64,000 nt of DNA from Raillietiella orientalis (lineage: Eukaryota): the NCBI GenBank assembly GCA_036172245.1, contig JAYWIR010000003.1, forward strand, positions 5,394,001 through 5,458,000, given 5' to 3'. Below the pieces are notes generated by a model. It made no database searches. It saw only the letters and a list, made by a program, of their open reading frames with translations, and was not told where the DNA came from. A program made the translations under genes and the position numbers. Below, piece by piece: positions 37,991-50,610 of the stretch; within the stretch, counting starts at the first letter, position 1; every line of letters begins with the position of its first letter.

Positions 37991-40144
37991 TAGTGTATGT
38001 AAGAAGGATATATGGGATTTGGGATGTGAAAAAAGAATTATGGGGGGAAAAAAAAAAAGGCAAACACAGCGGTGGGAATCTGCGACGTTCATGATTCTTA
38101 ATCAGAAACACTTTCCTTTTCTAAATGCACGTCGTTATTCCCATTCGACTTGATATTCAGAGAGCTACTGAACCTGTGCACTGAGTTTCGAAACCCGACG
38201 TTGGATGCTGAGCATCCTACAGACGCGGTCTTCCACGTTCTGGGAGCGCTCCTTCTCGGTGAAGCCCATTTGGTGAAGGAAGAAGCACGAATTCCCTGCT
38301 TGATGAAGTGTATGTTGAGTTGATACCGAGAACTGTACGTACGGACTGCAGCCCTGTTTGTTGCAGTGCGCTGCAAAACCATGGTAACGCCGCTGAACGT
38401 TCCTAACGACATTTACGGCTTGGGAAATTGCGACTGACAGATCAGATCTGAGGCAATCAGGGAAAAGAGCGGGGGTTTGGCAGTCCTCTAGAGCAAAGCT
38501 TTACCCTCTCTTGAGTTTCATCTCGAAGTCACCGAAAGAAGACATCAATCTGCTTCTGCTTACGAAAGCCATCCAGGCAGCTCCCAAAACGCCTCCTGCC
38601 AAGCCCCAAGCTGGTCTGAGCTCCCGCAGACATTATTTTTTTTCGAACGCATGCACCAGACAGTGGGGGTGGACCGAGGAGCAAAACCGAAGAGTTGGAA
38701 TCGCGCACTCATCTTGAACAAGCGGGAGGTACGACGAGAGATTTAGCTCCCTGTTGCAGGGCAACCGTCAGAGCACCGTTGGCTACTCACGGGGGGACCG
38801 GGAAAATAACTTGCATCTTCGGAAAGTCGTTTCATCGCCGGAATTTCGCAAAGAGAAGAATTTTGGATTTTTCAGAACATACGAGAGTGTCATTTGAGAG
38901 GAACCGCTGCTTTGGAGAAGGGGAAAGAGCGAATAGGAGAGGGAAAAGGGGGCCATCGTGTGTCGAGAATTCGCCCGCGTCAAAGGATGGCCAGGGCAGG
39001 AAAATGTCCCTGTTGCAGCCTGGTTACGGCTGGAGCCGAACCAGGACCACTTCCGGAGCTCCCGCCGCAGGGCGCTTTTCGGAAACTGCCTCCTGCAAAA
39101 GCAGTCGCTGCGCACCCGAGGTCACCAGGTCCCTTCTAGAGACAGGCGAGCTCATCTGCTCGCTCGTCCGGCTGGTCCTGCCCCAGGGGGACGGATCCAG
39201 CTCTTTAGGAAACGCAGCAGGCTGGCGAAAAGGAGGAAGGCACCCTGCGCCGATCTCCGGCCCACTTGTTTGCTGCGGGAGCAAGGAAGTGATGGGGGAA
39301 CCACCCCACCGAAAACGTCCTCGACGGTGCTGGTCAGGGAGGCAGCACCTTTTCCCGCTAAGACTCTCTCAAAGTGGGGGCTCGGGGCTCTGCGGATGGG
39401 GTGGTTCACTTCGTAAGACATCCCTTCGATGGGGGAGCGCCGAACGAAGGAAGGGAACGGTGCGGGCATGCAAATGATCGTGATGAAGATTAAGTCATCC
39501 TGTCAGCCGCGCGGGATCGTGAGGAAAGGGAATGGACGTCAGGAACAGAACATATTTTTTCTTTTTTCGTATTTCAGGAAAAAAAAGCGATACTCCCTGT
39601 GCTTCCCCTCTTTCTTCTGCCCATCCTTCCTCTCTTCCTGGCAAGTGAGTCCGAAAAGAAAAAAAAAAAAAAAAAAAAGCGAAAAAATTCCCCGCGAGAC
39701 CGTTCCTCACGCTACCTTTTCCTTGCGCGAGGATCAGAGGGAAAGGGAGGAAGGGGAAGGAGGTGAAGAATTCGTCAAAGCTTATCCCATGCGAACGACC
39801 GCACGCACTTCCTGGAACGTACCTGCTGGCGAGTGGCTGGCAGAACATACTTTGCGGCGCATCGAAAGATATTCCGGGGGGAAGGACCGCACTGGAGACA
39901 GTACCGCACTCTCGCAACAATCTCTCGAAAATACTGCAAGGTACGAAGAGGTTAAGAGGAGTCCACGTCTCTCCTGGAGCACTGCACATCGGCGCCTTGC
40001 AAGCGCGACGTGCATCCGGAGTGGCACAGCCAATTGGAGTTCATCCTGCAGGCTGCAGGAGGACTGCCCGTGCGGATCTTTCTCCCGATGCTGCCGCTGC
40101 CTGTTCCCCTTTGATCCCCACAGCAATCGGTCGGAATTAAAAAA

Positions 40145-40162
40145 ACACACACACACACACAC
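40145..40162 (+). repeat. (AC)9 microsatellite, read as a GU repeat in the pre-mRNA
   Basis: Read directly. Confidence 0.9.
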
Positions 40163-43100
40163 AAGCACGCACAAAAGAAAAAAAAAAAGCACGCTGCACT
40201 GCTCTCTCCCTGATTCAATTATCTACAAAGTTTCCTCTGGACGGATGAGCAGAGAAACGGGCATCCGCTCGAAAAACGGATCTCCAGGAGAACGCGCTTC
40301 GCATCCCTTGACTCTCTTCTCCATCCTTGGATGCCGGTCGTTCCGGTGCCTCGTGTTCCGCTGCCGGGGAGCTGCACGATTTTGTGCCACGCATGCTGTA
40401 GAAGGCCTCCTGCTATTTTGTTTCAGCTGCCCTGTTTGTTCGTACGTTCGTTTGTTTGTTTTCTGTCTTTTGGGAAGATGGGAGGCTGTTCTCAGTGTGG
40501 GATGGATGCGCGCGGACAGTAGTTTTTCAGACGCGATGTCGGAAGAAGGCCGACAGGAAAAGGAGCAAACGGAAGCCCCAAACCAAGTGAGGAAGAGCCT
40601 ATTCAAGTCTCGCGATCTCTTGTTCCCTCTCGGGAGCGCATCTTTGCGCGTGTTTTCTCCTCTCCCGGAATTCGCGGGTATTCCAGAGATATCCTCACCT
40701 AGGAATAGCTCCACGAAACGCGCCCCCTCACTTTGACCCCCGATTGCAGCTCCTTCCGGAGGTGATCAAGTGGTGGTGGTTTCTTGAAGCAGGTAGCAGA
40801 GTCGTTGGAAGGATGCTTCTTCGGCTCCATGCTCATCAAGGAAAATCGGAAGATGCTTCCTACAAGAAGAAACAGCTCCCGATGTCCAAACTTCGGACGA
40901 GATCGAGGGAACTCTTTTTGGTGTCTCCAGTTTAGCTATCCTTGTTCCTTCCTTCCTCGCATTTCTCTTCCAGAATGCTCAGCGAGCGATGCGATGATGG
41001 GACTTGAAAACTCACACGACTTTCCTTTTCGTTTCCCGGGGTTACTACGCTAACGTCTTCCATAACGTAGTGCGTTCCATTCGATCCATTTAGAGCCTTT
41101 TTTTCTTCTCTTTTTCCGGTTTCGACAGCGGTCAAGCAAAGGGTGCTTCCAAGGGCTCCGTTCATCACCGACGGCGTTTGGAACTCACGTGGCAGCCCCC
41201 GTTAATAGAAAGACCGGGATTAAAGAATAGAGGAGTGGAGAGTGCTGGCAAACGAACTTTCCCAGTGGGATTCCATTCGTCTGTGCTTCTTCTGAAAGAC
41301 CTCGGCGAGCTGACGCTTGCACTCCTCGGATGTCATGGACCCGACGACAAAGATCGCCCAACGTTTTCCGGGAATGTGGAGATCTTCTCTAGAATTTCAT
41401 TGTGGAAGGACAGGGGAACGAGTGTTGCTTCTGGAGAAGCGATAAGAGCGTCCTTCCTCCCCCGGCACTTCTGCACTGGAAGACCTGCCAACTTATCAGT
41501 GGTCCACGATTGGTATTGGTCCTTCTGCCTAACGGGAAACACGGGCCACCAAGGCAATCAGGAATTGGACTGCAATCCTTCTCAAGTGTTTATCACGCCA
41601 TGTCCCCTCTACTGATCCTCTTCAGCGCATCCAGCCTCGACGCATCTCAGGAAGTGCAGTCTTCAGGGCCCGACAACATCAGCCCTCCTCCTTGGAGCAC
41701 GGTGGTTCCCGTGATTTCGCATCCCACGCTCCCAGTTTAATCTGCGGCTCAAATCTTCCTTTGTTCCAGATCCGTTGTCAGTGAAGATCCGGATTCCGCA
41801 GCCATTTGAGATGATAAAAACGCCATTCTGCAGCTTCGTTTATCTACACGGACAACCGCTAGCATCAAATGAGAAAGAACTGCTTCGGAAAAGCGGACCA
41901 TGTAGCAAGATTGTCCTCAGACGACATCTGGATGCCATACAAAGTAAGGCCGCCGGGAAAATTACGATCGTTGAAGATTCAAATCCACCCATCCCACAGC
42001 AGAAAATCTGATGATTTCACAAGCGCCCTAATGGAATTCATTTGTCTCCAGAAGAGTGGATGCTGGCCGTGCAAACAAGAAATGCCAGGTAGGGGCATCC
42101 TAACCGACCCGCCACATTCTCTCTCCCTGCCCCTACGGACCCAGAAAAGCGAGATCAGCAGGAAGATCTCTCCCAGCTGTCTCACGTAGGGTGTACCTAC
42201 GCGGTGCCCAGTTTCCAAGATGGCCGTCGGGACCAAGGAATGAAAGGAGCGAACCTTTTTTTTTTTTTTCTGGCTGATCCTGAATCCCGAATCCCTGGAC
42301 GGGAATCGGAAATCAGGCCTCGAAAAACCACTTCCAGGAATTTCCTTTCAGAGAAGATCCGAGCGAAGAATGACCCACTCCAGCGCGATGGCATCATCCA
42401 GAAGGTTTCCAGTGTTCCTCTCAATTAATGATCGCGATACAATATCGAGTCAAATTCCTACCGAACGGAGATCTGCGCAGAAGAACTACACAACGGCCGT
42501 CCCAGATTCATGTTTCATGAAACTGATCCCCTTCATAAATAGTAAAGCAGGCAGCAAAGCACAGCTGTGATCACCCCCACACTTTGAAACGGAGAAGAGC
42601 TTTGTGAAAATTCGTTCCCCAGAACACTTCTTATTCTACCCTATTCCTGGAAACCACGACTGCGTCACCTTGGAGATGCTTGCAAAGAGCACACGCTAGG
42701 GAGGTCCGAAGAGCCTGAATCCTCGCTTTGGAGCACTGTTGCATCCCGCAAGAAAGCTGTGCCATCTTTCTCTGATGTCATGGCAACCCTCGAGGAGAAA
42801 CGAACCAATCCCTGGCATGTGGCTCGGCTCACGCGTTCCCATTGAATGATCACATGGTAGATTTTGCATTTTCTTGTTAGCCTTCCAAACTGGAAATGGC
42901 AGCCGCACTTTTCATTTTGCCTTAGTTACAAGATCCAAATGCTTCGATTTGGATTTCATCTCTCAGGCACTGTTCTCTACCTTCCTCCTCCCCTCCTTTA
43001 CTCGCGGGCAAAAACTTTTCCTGAATTCCCAGTTTCCTTCCGATTCACCGAACCGTTGGATCCTTATTTAAAGAACGAGAAGGCACGTTGCCGTTGGCGC

Positions 43101-44004
43101 TGAATTCCGATGAAAAATGTAAATCAAGTGTGACTGTAATTGCAGAGATGTAATTCCCTAGCAACTGAAGTCGGCATTTCCTGGACAATGTTCCCTTTTG
43201 TAAACATCCAATTATAATCAAGCGCGCACGGGCAGCGGTTTGCTTATCTTCCTGATCATCCCTCCCTATTAGGTTTAAGGATCGAACTGGTGAGCGAAAG
43301 CAACGACACAGGTAAAAACAAAATAGCATCTCCCACTCCTCCGTGCCTCACCTGCGGGACCTTCCCCTGCACACGGGAACCTGTTTGCATGAATCAAGGC
43401 GGCCATTTAACCCCTTGATCGAACGCGCTTGAGCATTGCGTTTTTTGTGTGTTCCCGCCCACCCGCCCCACCCCCGCTTCCTCAGTTTGTTTTTTTGAAT
43501 TTGCAAAGTGCCAAAGAACCGTTCGCCTCCTTGGAGGGGAAGGGGAGGGGGCTCACGAAGCTCTTTGACCCAGTCCACTCCACCCGAGGGTGCCTGTAAT
43601 ATTCCTCGAGCTAGGGAGAAACCCCGTAGTCACCACCCTGTGACTCCAGAAAGGCTCCGTTCCTCTCGCACGCTTGGTAGGGATCCCGGAAGGAACCTCT
43701 TCTTTATTCTCTCCGGATGGTTCCCCCGGAGGGGACTCCTTGTTTCTTCTCCGAAGGGGACCCGGAAAGGAATCGTCCCTTCTTTACTCCCCTGAAGAGA
43801 ATCCGGAAGGAAGCAGCGCTCTTCCGCGACTCTGAAGAAGCAGCCGCCCGAGAGGGGTATCAACCAGGTACATGGTGAGTGATGGAGAGTCCCTTCGGGG
43901 TGGGGGACGGCTCCATTTTCTCAACCAGAGGGGAACCCCGAATGGAATCGGCTCCTCGATTCCTGGAAGGATCCCGGTGCGTCAACTTCCAATCCCGACC
44001 GGTA

Positions 44005-44228
44005 AACAAACAGCCGGAAACCAGGGAATGATCATCCCCTGGTTTCCGGCTTCCACAGAGCCGCAGTCGAATGACTCAACCAGTGCCATCCTGCGGGGGA
44101 CAATCGAAACCCACAACAAACCTTCCATTTCTCGGAGACGATCCTTCCCTGGGTGGGACTCGAACCCGCGACGCATAGCACCACGCGCCAAGACCGCAGC
44201 CGCACGTCTGCCAACGCAGGCTTATGCA
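44005..44228 (-). mobile_element. tRNA-derived SINE-like element or tRNA pseudogene (extent uncertain)
   Basis: Minus strand has a Pol III B-box/T-loop GGTTCGAGTCC (44156-44166) in a mismatched T-arm GCGGG-TTCGAGT-CCCAC. An A-box-like TAAGCCTGCGTTGG lies about 50 nt upstream. There is no intact acceptor stem, and an A-rich tract abuts the 5' end. Confidence 0.6.
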
Positions 44229-47200
44229 TTTTTTTTTTGTTTTTTGTTTTTTTTTTTTAAAAAGCGAAAGCATGCGGAAATAATTAGCGCTCCGAATGAA
44301 TCAGATATGCAAACTGATTCATATTCCTTCTAATCAGCAAGTTCGCTCCCTCATCCTCAGAAGCTGCTTGCCCTTGGTGCTGCCGCTAGACGATCAGCGA
44401 CAACGACAGAACGCAAATCAGTATGTTTTAACTCGATGGATTCTGGGTTTCCCTCTCATCTCGTCTCGTTTATCCGACACATCATTTTTTGGTCTTCTGA
44501 AATTAGGGAAGAAGTTACAGTGTGCGGAGGACACTGAGAACACTCATAAATCTGGATCAAACGAACACAGGGAATGGCATTTGTTGAACTTGGGTATTTA
44601 TAAACTTGCTGATCAGAGATGGGGAAATTAATGACACTTCCGATCGCAATCCTTTGAGATACTTCAGTCTCTCTGAGGAAGACACGTTCTGCCTTGCGAG
44701 AAATGCTCCATAGCGTTCAGCCTTGTTAACCTGGATATGCAACCCTCTCATTTTTCGTCTCTCCAGAAGGCTATTAGAGCTTGAAATTAACTCTCAGATT
44801 GTTCCCATCCGAATAGCCGAAGTGCTCTTCACTATTTTTCTTGGTTATCCTGGATCTCTGCTGCTGATCTGGACAGCTCGCGATAAGGAGAAAGCGGCAA
44901 CTCCAATAGAGGAATCACTTTCGCATCAGTGGGAAGATGTCCAGTTTCCAACAAACGCAGTGGAACCTTTTCTTCCTTTTTCTTTATGATGAGCTTCCGC
45001 TTTTCCATTTGAAATTGAAAGAGGCTCCTGCCGTCACACTCATCACATCCAAACCGCCTGTTCCTGGTCCTACCAAAGCCAGAACAGCGTTTCATTACAG
45101 GCACATCCAGGATGGCTCCGAAGACGCCAATTTTAACGCTCCAGAAAATGTGTCCGTTCCCTAGGAACTGATAACTCGAGCGAAAGAAAAATTTGGCCAG
45201 TTTGCGGGCCGTTTTCGGCAGGCCACAGAAGGAATAGCAGTCAGCTGAGCTTCCAGTAAAAAGAGGAACTTCAGGATGGAATGCAAAGGTGTCGCGCAGT
45301 TAACATCCAAACGCATACGACTTTGCCTAGGGGCACCAACAGGGAGATGCTACGGCTACGAAGCAGTGATGAAGACATTGCAACTCGTCTGTGTGCTTTT
45401 GAAACTTATTGTCCGAAGAAACTGTGCTCGTCTTCGTCCCTAGGACGAATGGCAGGCCCTATGACCAAGGGAATAAGAAACAAGGATCAAAGTGGAATTC
45501 CGTGCCTCTTCCGTTCCTTCCATTTCTTTTCTGCAGAGTCCTTAAATTCCTTTTCTGTTCAAATTCGCGCTTTTACAAGATTCAACGTTCAGTGGACGAA
45601 GATGATGACACCTGTTTATGTACCGTCTGGTCTTTACTTTCGAACCGGAGCAATTTTTTTCATCTCCTTCACATTTGTTTGGCTAGCCATCTCTCTGTTT
45701 TTTTAACCTTCTTTTTTTTTCCTTTATAGTTTGCGCAAGTTAGTTGGATAGCCTCCCTTACTGCACCGGTGTTTGACACATCCTTGGTTCCATTAGTTGT
45801 AGCAACTGTATCCGTCCAGTCGTCACCATTAGGTGAAAGTACCTTCCATTTAAAGGTCAATTTTTCAAACACGTGCTTTTTTTTTACTTGACTTCCCGGA
45901 TCCCCAGTCCTCGAAAATCTTGAATGTCTGACTTTCTTTTTGGGGGGGTTTTCCTATCCCTGATTTGATTTCCGGGAACGGAAACTCCGCTTATTCTGCT
46001 CCCCCACTAAGAGCTCTTCTGCTCAAAATTATTCTCATACAGACAAGAGAAGCAGCGATGGTTGAGGCAAGAATAGATGATTTCGTTTCGTTTCGTTTCG
46101 TCATTTCAAGAGGAGCATCTAACAATCTGCAATGATTTCTGACTTCTTCAGCTTAAAATCGACCTGAAGAGTACTATATAATTAGAGAAAGGAAGGCGCA
46201 TATCCCCAAAATGACCTATTGTCCGTTGATGATTTTGATAATGGAGGGTTTGTCGCAGAAGTTTCCTGGTAGCTAGTCATCCCCATTTGGAACCGCAAGA
46301 GCATTTCTTCAAGCGCTCTGTTTCCTGTAGATCATTGCGGAGCTGTTTGCACTCTCGAAGAGCGTACAGCCTGTTGTCAAGGAGCGGAAAGAGACCCGGT
46401 CCAGCCCAGCAGCAAACCCAGACCAAGCTCGAACATCTCTCTCCTCTTTTGAAAACTTAAAAACTTGTTTGACTGCTTGTTTGACTGCAGCCCTCTCATC
46501 AACCACGGAGGCGCTTTTCCTTTCCATGCTTACAAGCAAGCAGCTTCCGTTGCTACGTAATACGAAGCGCCTTGACGTTCTCAGTCCAACGAAACCAACT
46601 ACTGTAAAGTCATGCAGACTGCACTAAAGAGGACGCACTCGGTATGGTGCTGGGAGATTCAGTCATTAAATTGCCGTGAGCGTTGTCAATGCATGGACGT
46701 ACCGACGAAAATGCTTTCGATCAAGAGACACAGTAGCAAAGTTCTTATTGCTAGTGTGCAGGATAAACGAAGGCTGAAATCTCGGATCTCAAACAGGGAA
46801 CGCACCGATGCATGTTCCTGTGAAACCCTCATGCGATAAGGTGAGCGTTAAATCTGAGAATCCCCTGAACTAGGGAATGCTGCATCCGAGCAGTCCCTAG
46901 TTCTAAATGGATATTGCGTTGTAGGGCCTTCGAGCAGCCAAAGCGCGAGAGAGTTACGAACTCAACTCGGTCGCAGCAGAGATGGAATCCCAGTGTTGAT
47001 GCGGGACCTCGGAAGCTGGGAACTCATTTCTGTTGCTGACTCTCCATCCCGCAACCCAAAGGCTTTCCACAAATTCGTGCGAAAGCGAGTAGTCAGTCAC
47101 TACTATGCTACTGTAAAGGTTACCAAAGGTCCCTTTGCACTACGATGGCTTGCTCTGGAAAAGGCTTTCTTCCCTTTTGCTCGAGGGGGACGGCACAAAT

Positions 47201-50200
47201 TTTCCGGAAGAGACCGAAAGACGATCCCATCTCTGAGCAGTGGAACATTCCAAGCTAAGCGGGTCCACATTCGCCGATTGCCTCTTTGTATCATTTAAGG
47301 AGATTTTGATATGCATCGATCTTCCGAAGACGGGGAGAAATGCCCAGCGTTTTGGCGGACCGCTCACCCGATGCTTTCGCTCTCGATATCTGCCTATTGC
47401 CTTTCGTTTCTAATGGGGATGCATCTTAGATAAGGACCGGAGTGAACGGTTTGGTTCAGCGAAGCCATCTTCATCCGGGAAATCAGCTGCCAACCAGCAA
47501 ATCAGCCGTTATGCATACCGGTCGCCGAAGGAATTACGTCCTGCATGGCATTAGAAACCCATCCTTATTCCTACATGCCATAACATCTATATAAATGAAA
47601 TTCCAGTGCCTCAAGACGAAACGGCATGATGCAGACGCTATAAATCTCCAGCGCACGCTGTTGTACTCGCGTCTGCATCAATAGTAGAAAAGGACGATTT
47701 ATTGGAAAAACTTCATCTTGCTTAGGCAATTATGAGGAAACTTCTTTCTGGTTTCCCGTATGTGCGGAGTAGATGCACTTTTGGATCCATGCAATTCGAT
47801 CTGGATTATCAATAAATTTATTACTCCTTGGTTATCAGGAAATGATGGTTGCGTTTTTACTGCAGAAGAAGCCTTTCGGGATAAACCCCGTGCTTCTGAA
47901 ATGAGGAACGCAGACCAAGCTCCCAGTATTTATACGACCCTCCTTTCATTTTCTCCGGATCCCATCTTATAAAAGAGGCTGCTGAACGTCACCAACCACT
48001 ACGTTGATGATGAAGGAATCTGCTTAACCAAAACTCCCTAAAATGTTGCTGTCGCATTTGCTTTCTTTTTTGGCGGACTGCGGCGGGAGACGGGGGCGAC
48101 CTAAGAAATCAGGTGCCATTGGCAATCTTCCGCCTGCTGATAAAGAGCCGAACGCCTGTCTGAGGATTTTCGAACAGGAACGGAGCACAGTCGTGGAATC
48201 CTTTTGGATGCTTTACTGAGGAGTTCCCTGGACTTGCTGTAAAGCTACTACGACAACACATACTTCCTCCTGGACTCCCATGTAATTAAAAGCGCTTAAC
48301 AGATGTTGATTCCCGTTAGCGACCACGGTTTCCAAGCCTTTCCTAAGGTCCCCTCTTAAGCTGTCCAAGTCGGCTTGTATGTTCAGAGAAAGAACTCTTC
48401 ATTCTTGTGCAAACACTGATCTCGAGAACGTGGTTGCTAGGACATCACCACATGATGGTTGAGATCAATTTCTTTTTCCTCCTGCCTCTCCTCGCCTTCG
48501 TCCGTAGACGGAATTTCGAGAGAAGACGGCCGCAGCTTCCTCTCTCACGAGAGAGCTTTCCAAACTGCTTGGGCCGTCCACACGTCCGCAACCGGAAACA
48601 TCCCCGCTTCGCGCTCCTCCTCGAGGACCTCACCAAACGCTCTTCGACGGAAGACGCACACAAGCGCACGGCGCTCGCAGAACGGTCCATTCGCCAGTTC
48701 AATGGAACAGATTTCCATTCTAATGAGCCACCTCTTGGGGATGGGGAATTTCAGGGGCCACGTTGATTCCCATGCGCGACTGAACAAAAGGGAATTTCCG
48801 ACTTTTTCCGTCCGTGTTTTTCTCTCGCAAAGTTCCTCACGGTTTCAGCGGCGCAGGAATGGGGAGGGGGGAGAGGGAGGGAAGACGAACTCGAATCGGG
48901 AAAACAGCCGCGGAGGCTGGGACAGACGCGGTCACGGCAAAAAGCAAGCCGTCTCGCAATCAGCAGTTTCTCGCAGGACCATTTCCCGAACCCTGATGCG
49001 GAAACTGGGCGCATTTTCTCGATATTGCCGCAAACAGGGGAGCCCGGGAACGGAGCGTCCTGGACGAAACGGCGGCATGCTAATTGAATTTTGAGAAGGC
49101 GAACGTCACCAATCAGGAGAGACTGCATGTTTTGGTTTCGCGATGAAGACGGGGTCCGCGAGCACATGAGAATGCTGGCAGTGCTCCCTCCCTCGAAGGG
49201 AATAAACACCCCCTCCAGGAGGAATATTGGATGCAGGTGCCCACGCACATTAAACTGGGGGAGTGCGCATTTCGCGATCTGCGTTCGCCGGAGGCGTTTG
49301 ATTTACGGCTGCCCCGCTCTCTGCCTGGACGCAGGTCTACCTGCGCGCCTCTCGAGGTGCGACGTGAAACGACGGCCCTTGATGGCTCCCGATTAAGGCG
49401 GCTCGACGCGGCTTCTTGGACGGTTCCCTTCTTTGAAAAGAGAAGGAAAACTGATAAGACAGCCTCGGAGGATAGACTCGAGCCGAAATGGCGGCCGCAT
49501 CCATTTTTCCCCCGCTGCCCCTGGACTTTGACCATATGTGTTTGAAAGAAGTACGCATGAAAGGAACACATCGGATCGAAGTTTCCCGCTGAGAATTCCT
49601 GGAAAACTTTCGTTTGCCCGAGATATGCAAACAAGGAGCAGAAAGGAAGAGAAATGCGTTCGTCGATAAGATGGAAGCAATTTTCGGCTCTCTCGGAATA
49701 ATCTGAGAGCTTACGAAGCAAAATCTCGCAGCCACTTCGTCTTGCTGCAGATGCCGAAATTTTGTTCCAATCTCTTCTTCTCCCCCTTCCCTCCTCCCCT
49801 CTTGCGTCAGAATACAGCACATGGCTGCTGCCTGGCCAAAGGAAAAAGGAAAGGCCAGGAAGGTTATGCGCTCGAAGTCTTCGAAAGAAATGCAGTTCGC
49901 GCGAACCCCCAGGGTGACTCGGGGAAAGCGTCCCCCCACAAGGTGCCCAGGACGAGTGTCGCCCACCCTTCCTGCCTCCGGCATCCAAGGGAATCCTGCG
50001 GTGCAGCAGAGGCGAAAAATCCCATCAGTCGATTTCGCAATGTTCCTTTCCTCGAAAGGACTTTCCGCTGCACCTACGATATGAAATCGAACCGGAGATG
50101 GGGGGAGGGGAAGGGATGCGTGTAATTTAACGTGACATCGCTTTGGTAAATAACAACACGGAAACACACGCAACCAAGGGACTTCGTCGAGGCAAAATTT

Positions 50201-50576
50201 TTGAGGAAGATCCCGTCCTTTTCCACACCCGAAGCTTTCCACGCCCGCAGGTCCGAACCTGAGAATCCCGAGCACGCCTTGAAACCCCGCTTTGGGCGCA
50301 TCTCTTGCCCCCCGACCACCTTGCTCTACAATGATGAAAAGTGACCTCAGAATAAATCCCGTCCCTGACTTGGGATAAGTGAATGTACAACTCACGTCGC
50401 CGCTCAAAAGTACACGAAATGCGCAGCAGCGGCTGTCACGTCCTTCCCCTCACCCACAGTGGACCGGATAACTGAACTGAGAAGATCGTTCTGCTGCACT
50501 CCCACCGCCTGGGGCGCTGCATCTTTAACGAACTTCGGATCGGAATGGTGTTTGAAGAACATTTCAGTGGCTGCGA

Positions 50577-50577
<1 letters not shown>

Positions 50578-50605
<28 letters not shown>
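50578..50605 (+). repeat. Poly(A)28
   Basis: Read directly. Confidence 0.95.

Positions 50606-50610
<5 letters not shown>

Noticed and set aside
39429..40736. 435-aa plus-strand ORF
   Set aside because: Runs through poly(A) and (AC)n tracts, has no domain-like sequence, and is antisense within an intron.
43352..43380. Possible 29-nt exon cag|GTTCCC...CCGCAG|gtgagg
   Set aside because: Good donor but almost no polypyrimidine tract; likely a chance match.
44146..44228. Functional tRNA gene
   Set aside because: T-stem is mismatched, the 5' acceptor strand is missing and there is no canonical anticodon arm; reported as SINE-like instead.
44716..44751. MRGLHIQVNKAE, superficially like a duplicate of the [11 protein letters not shown] exon
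   Set aside because: No pyrimidine tract or AG before the ATG, no matching donor, and only weak similarity.
49113..50407. 291-aa and 356-aa minus-strand ORFs
   Set aside because: They overlap in different frames and show no RT, transposase or other motif.
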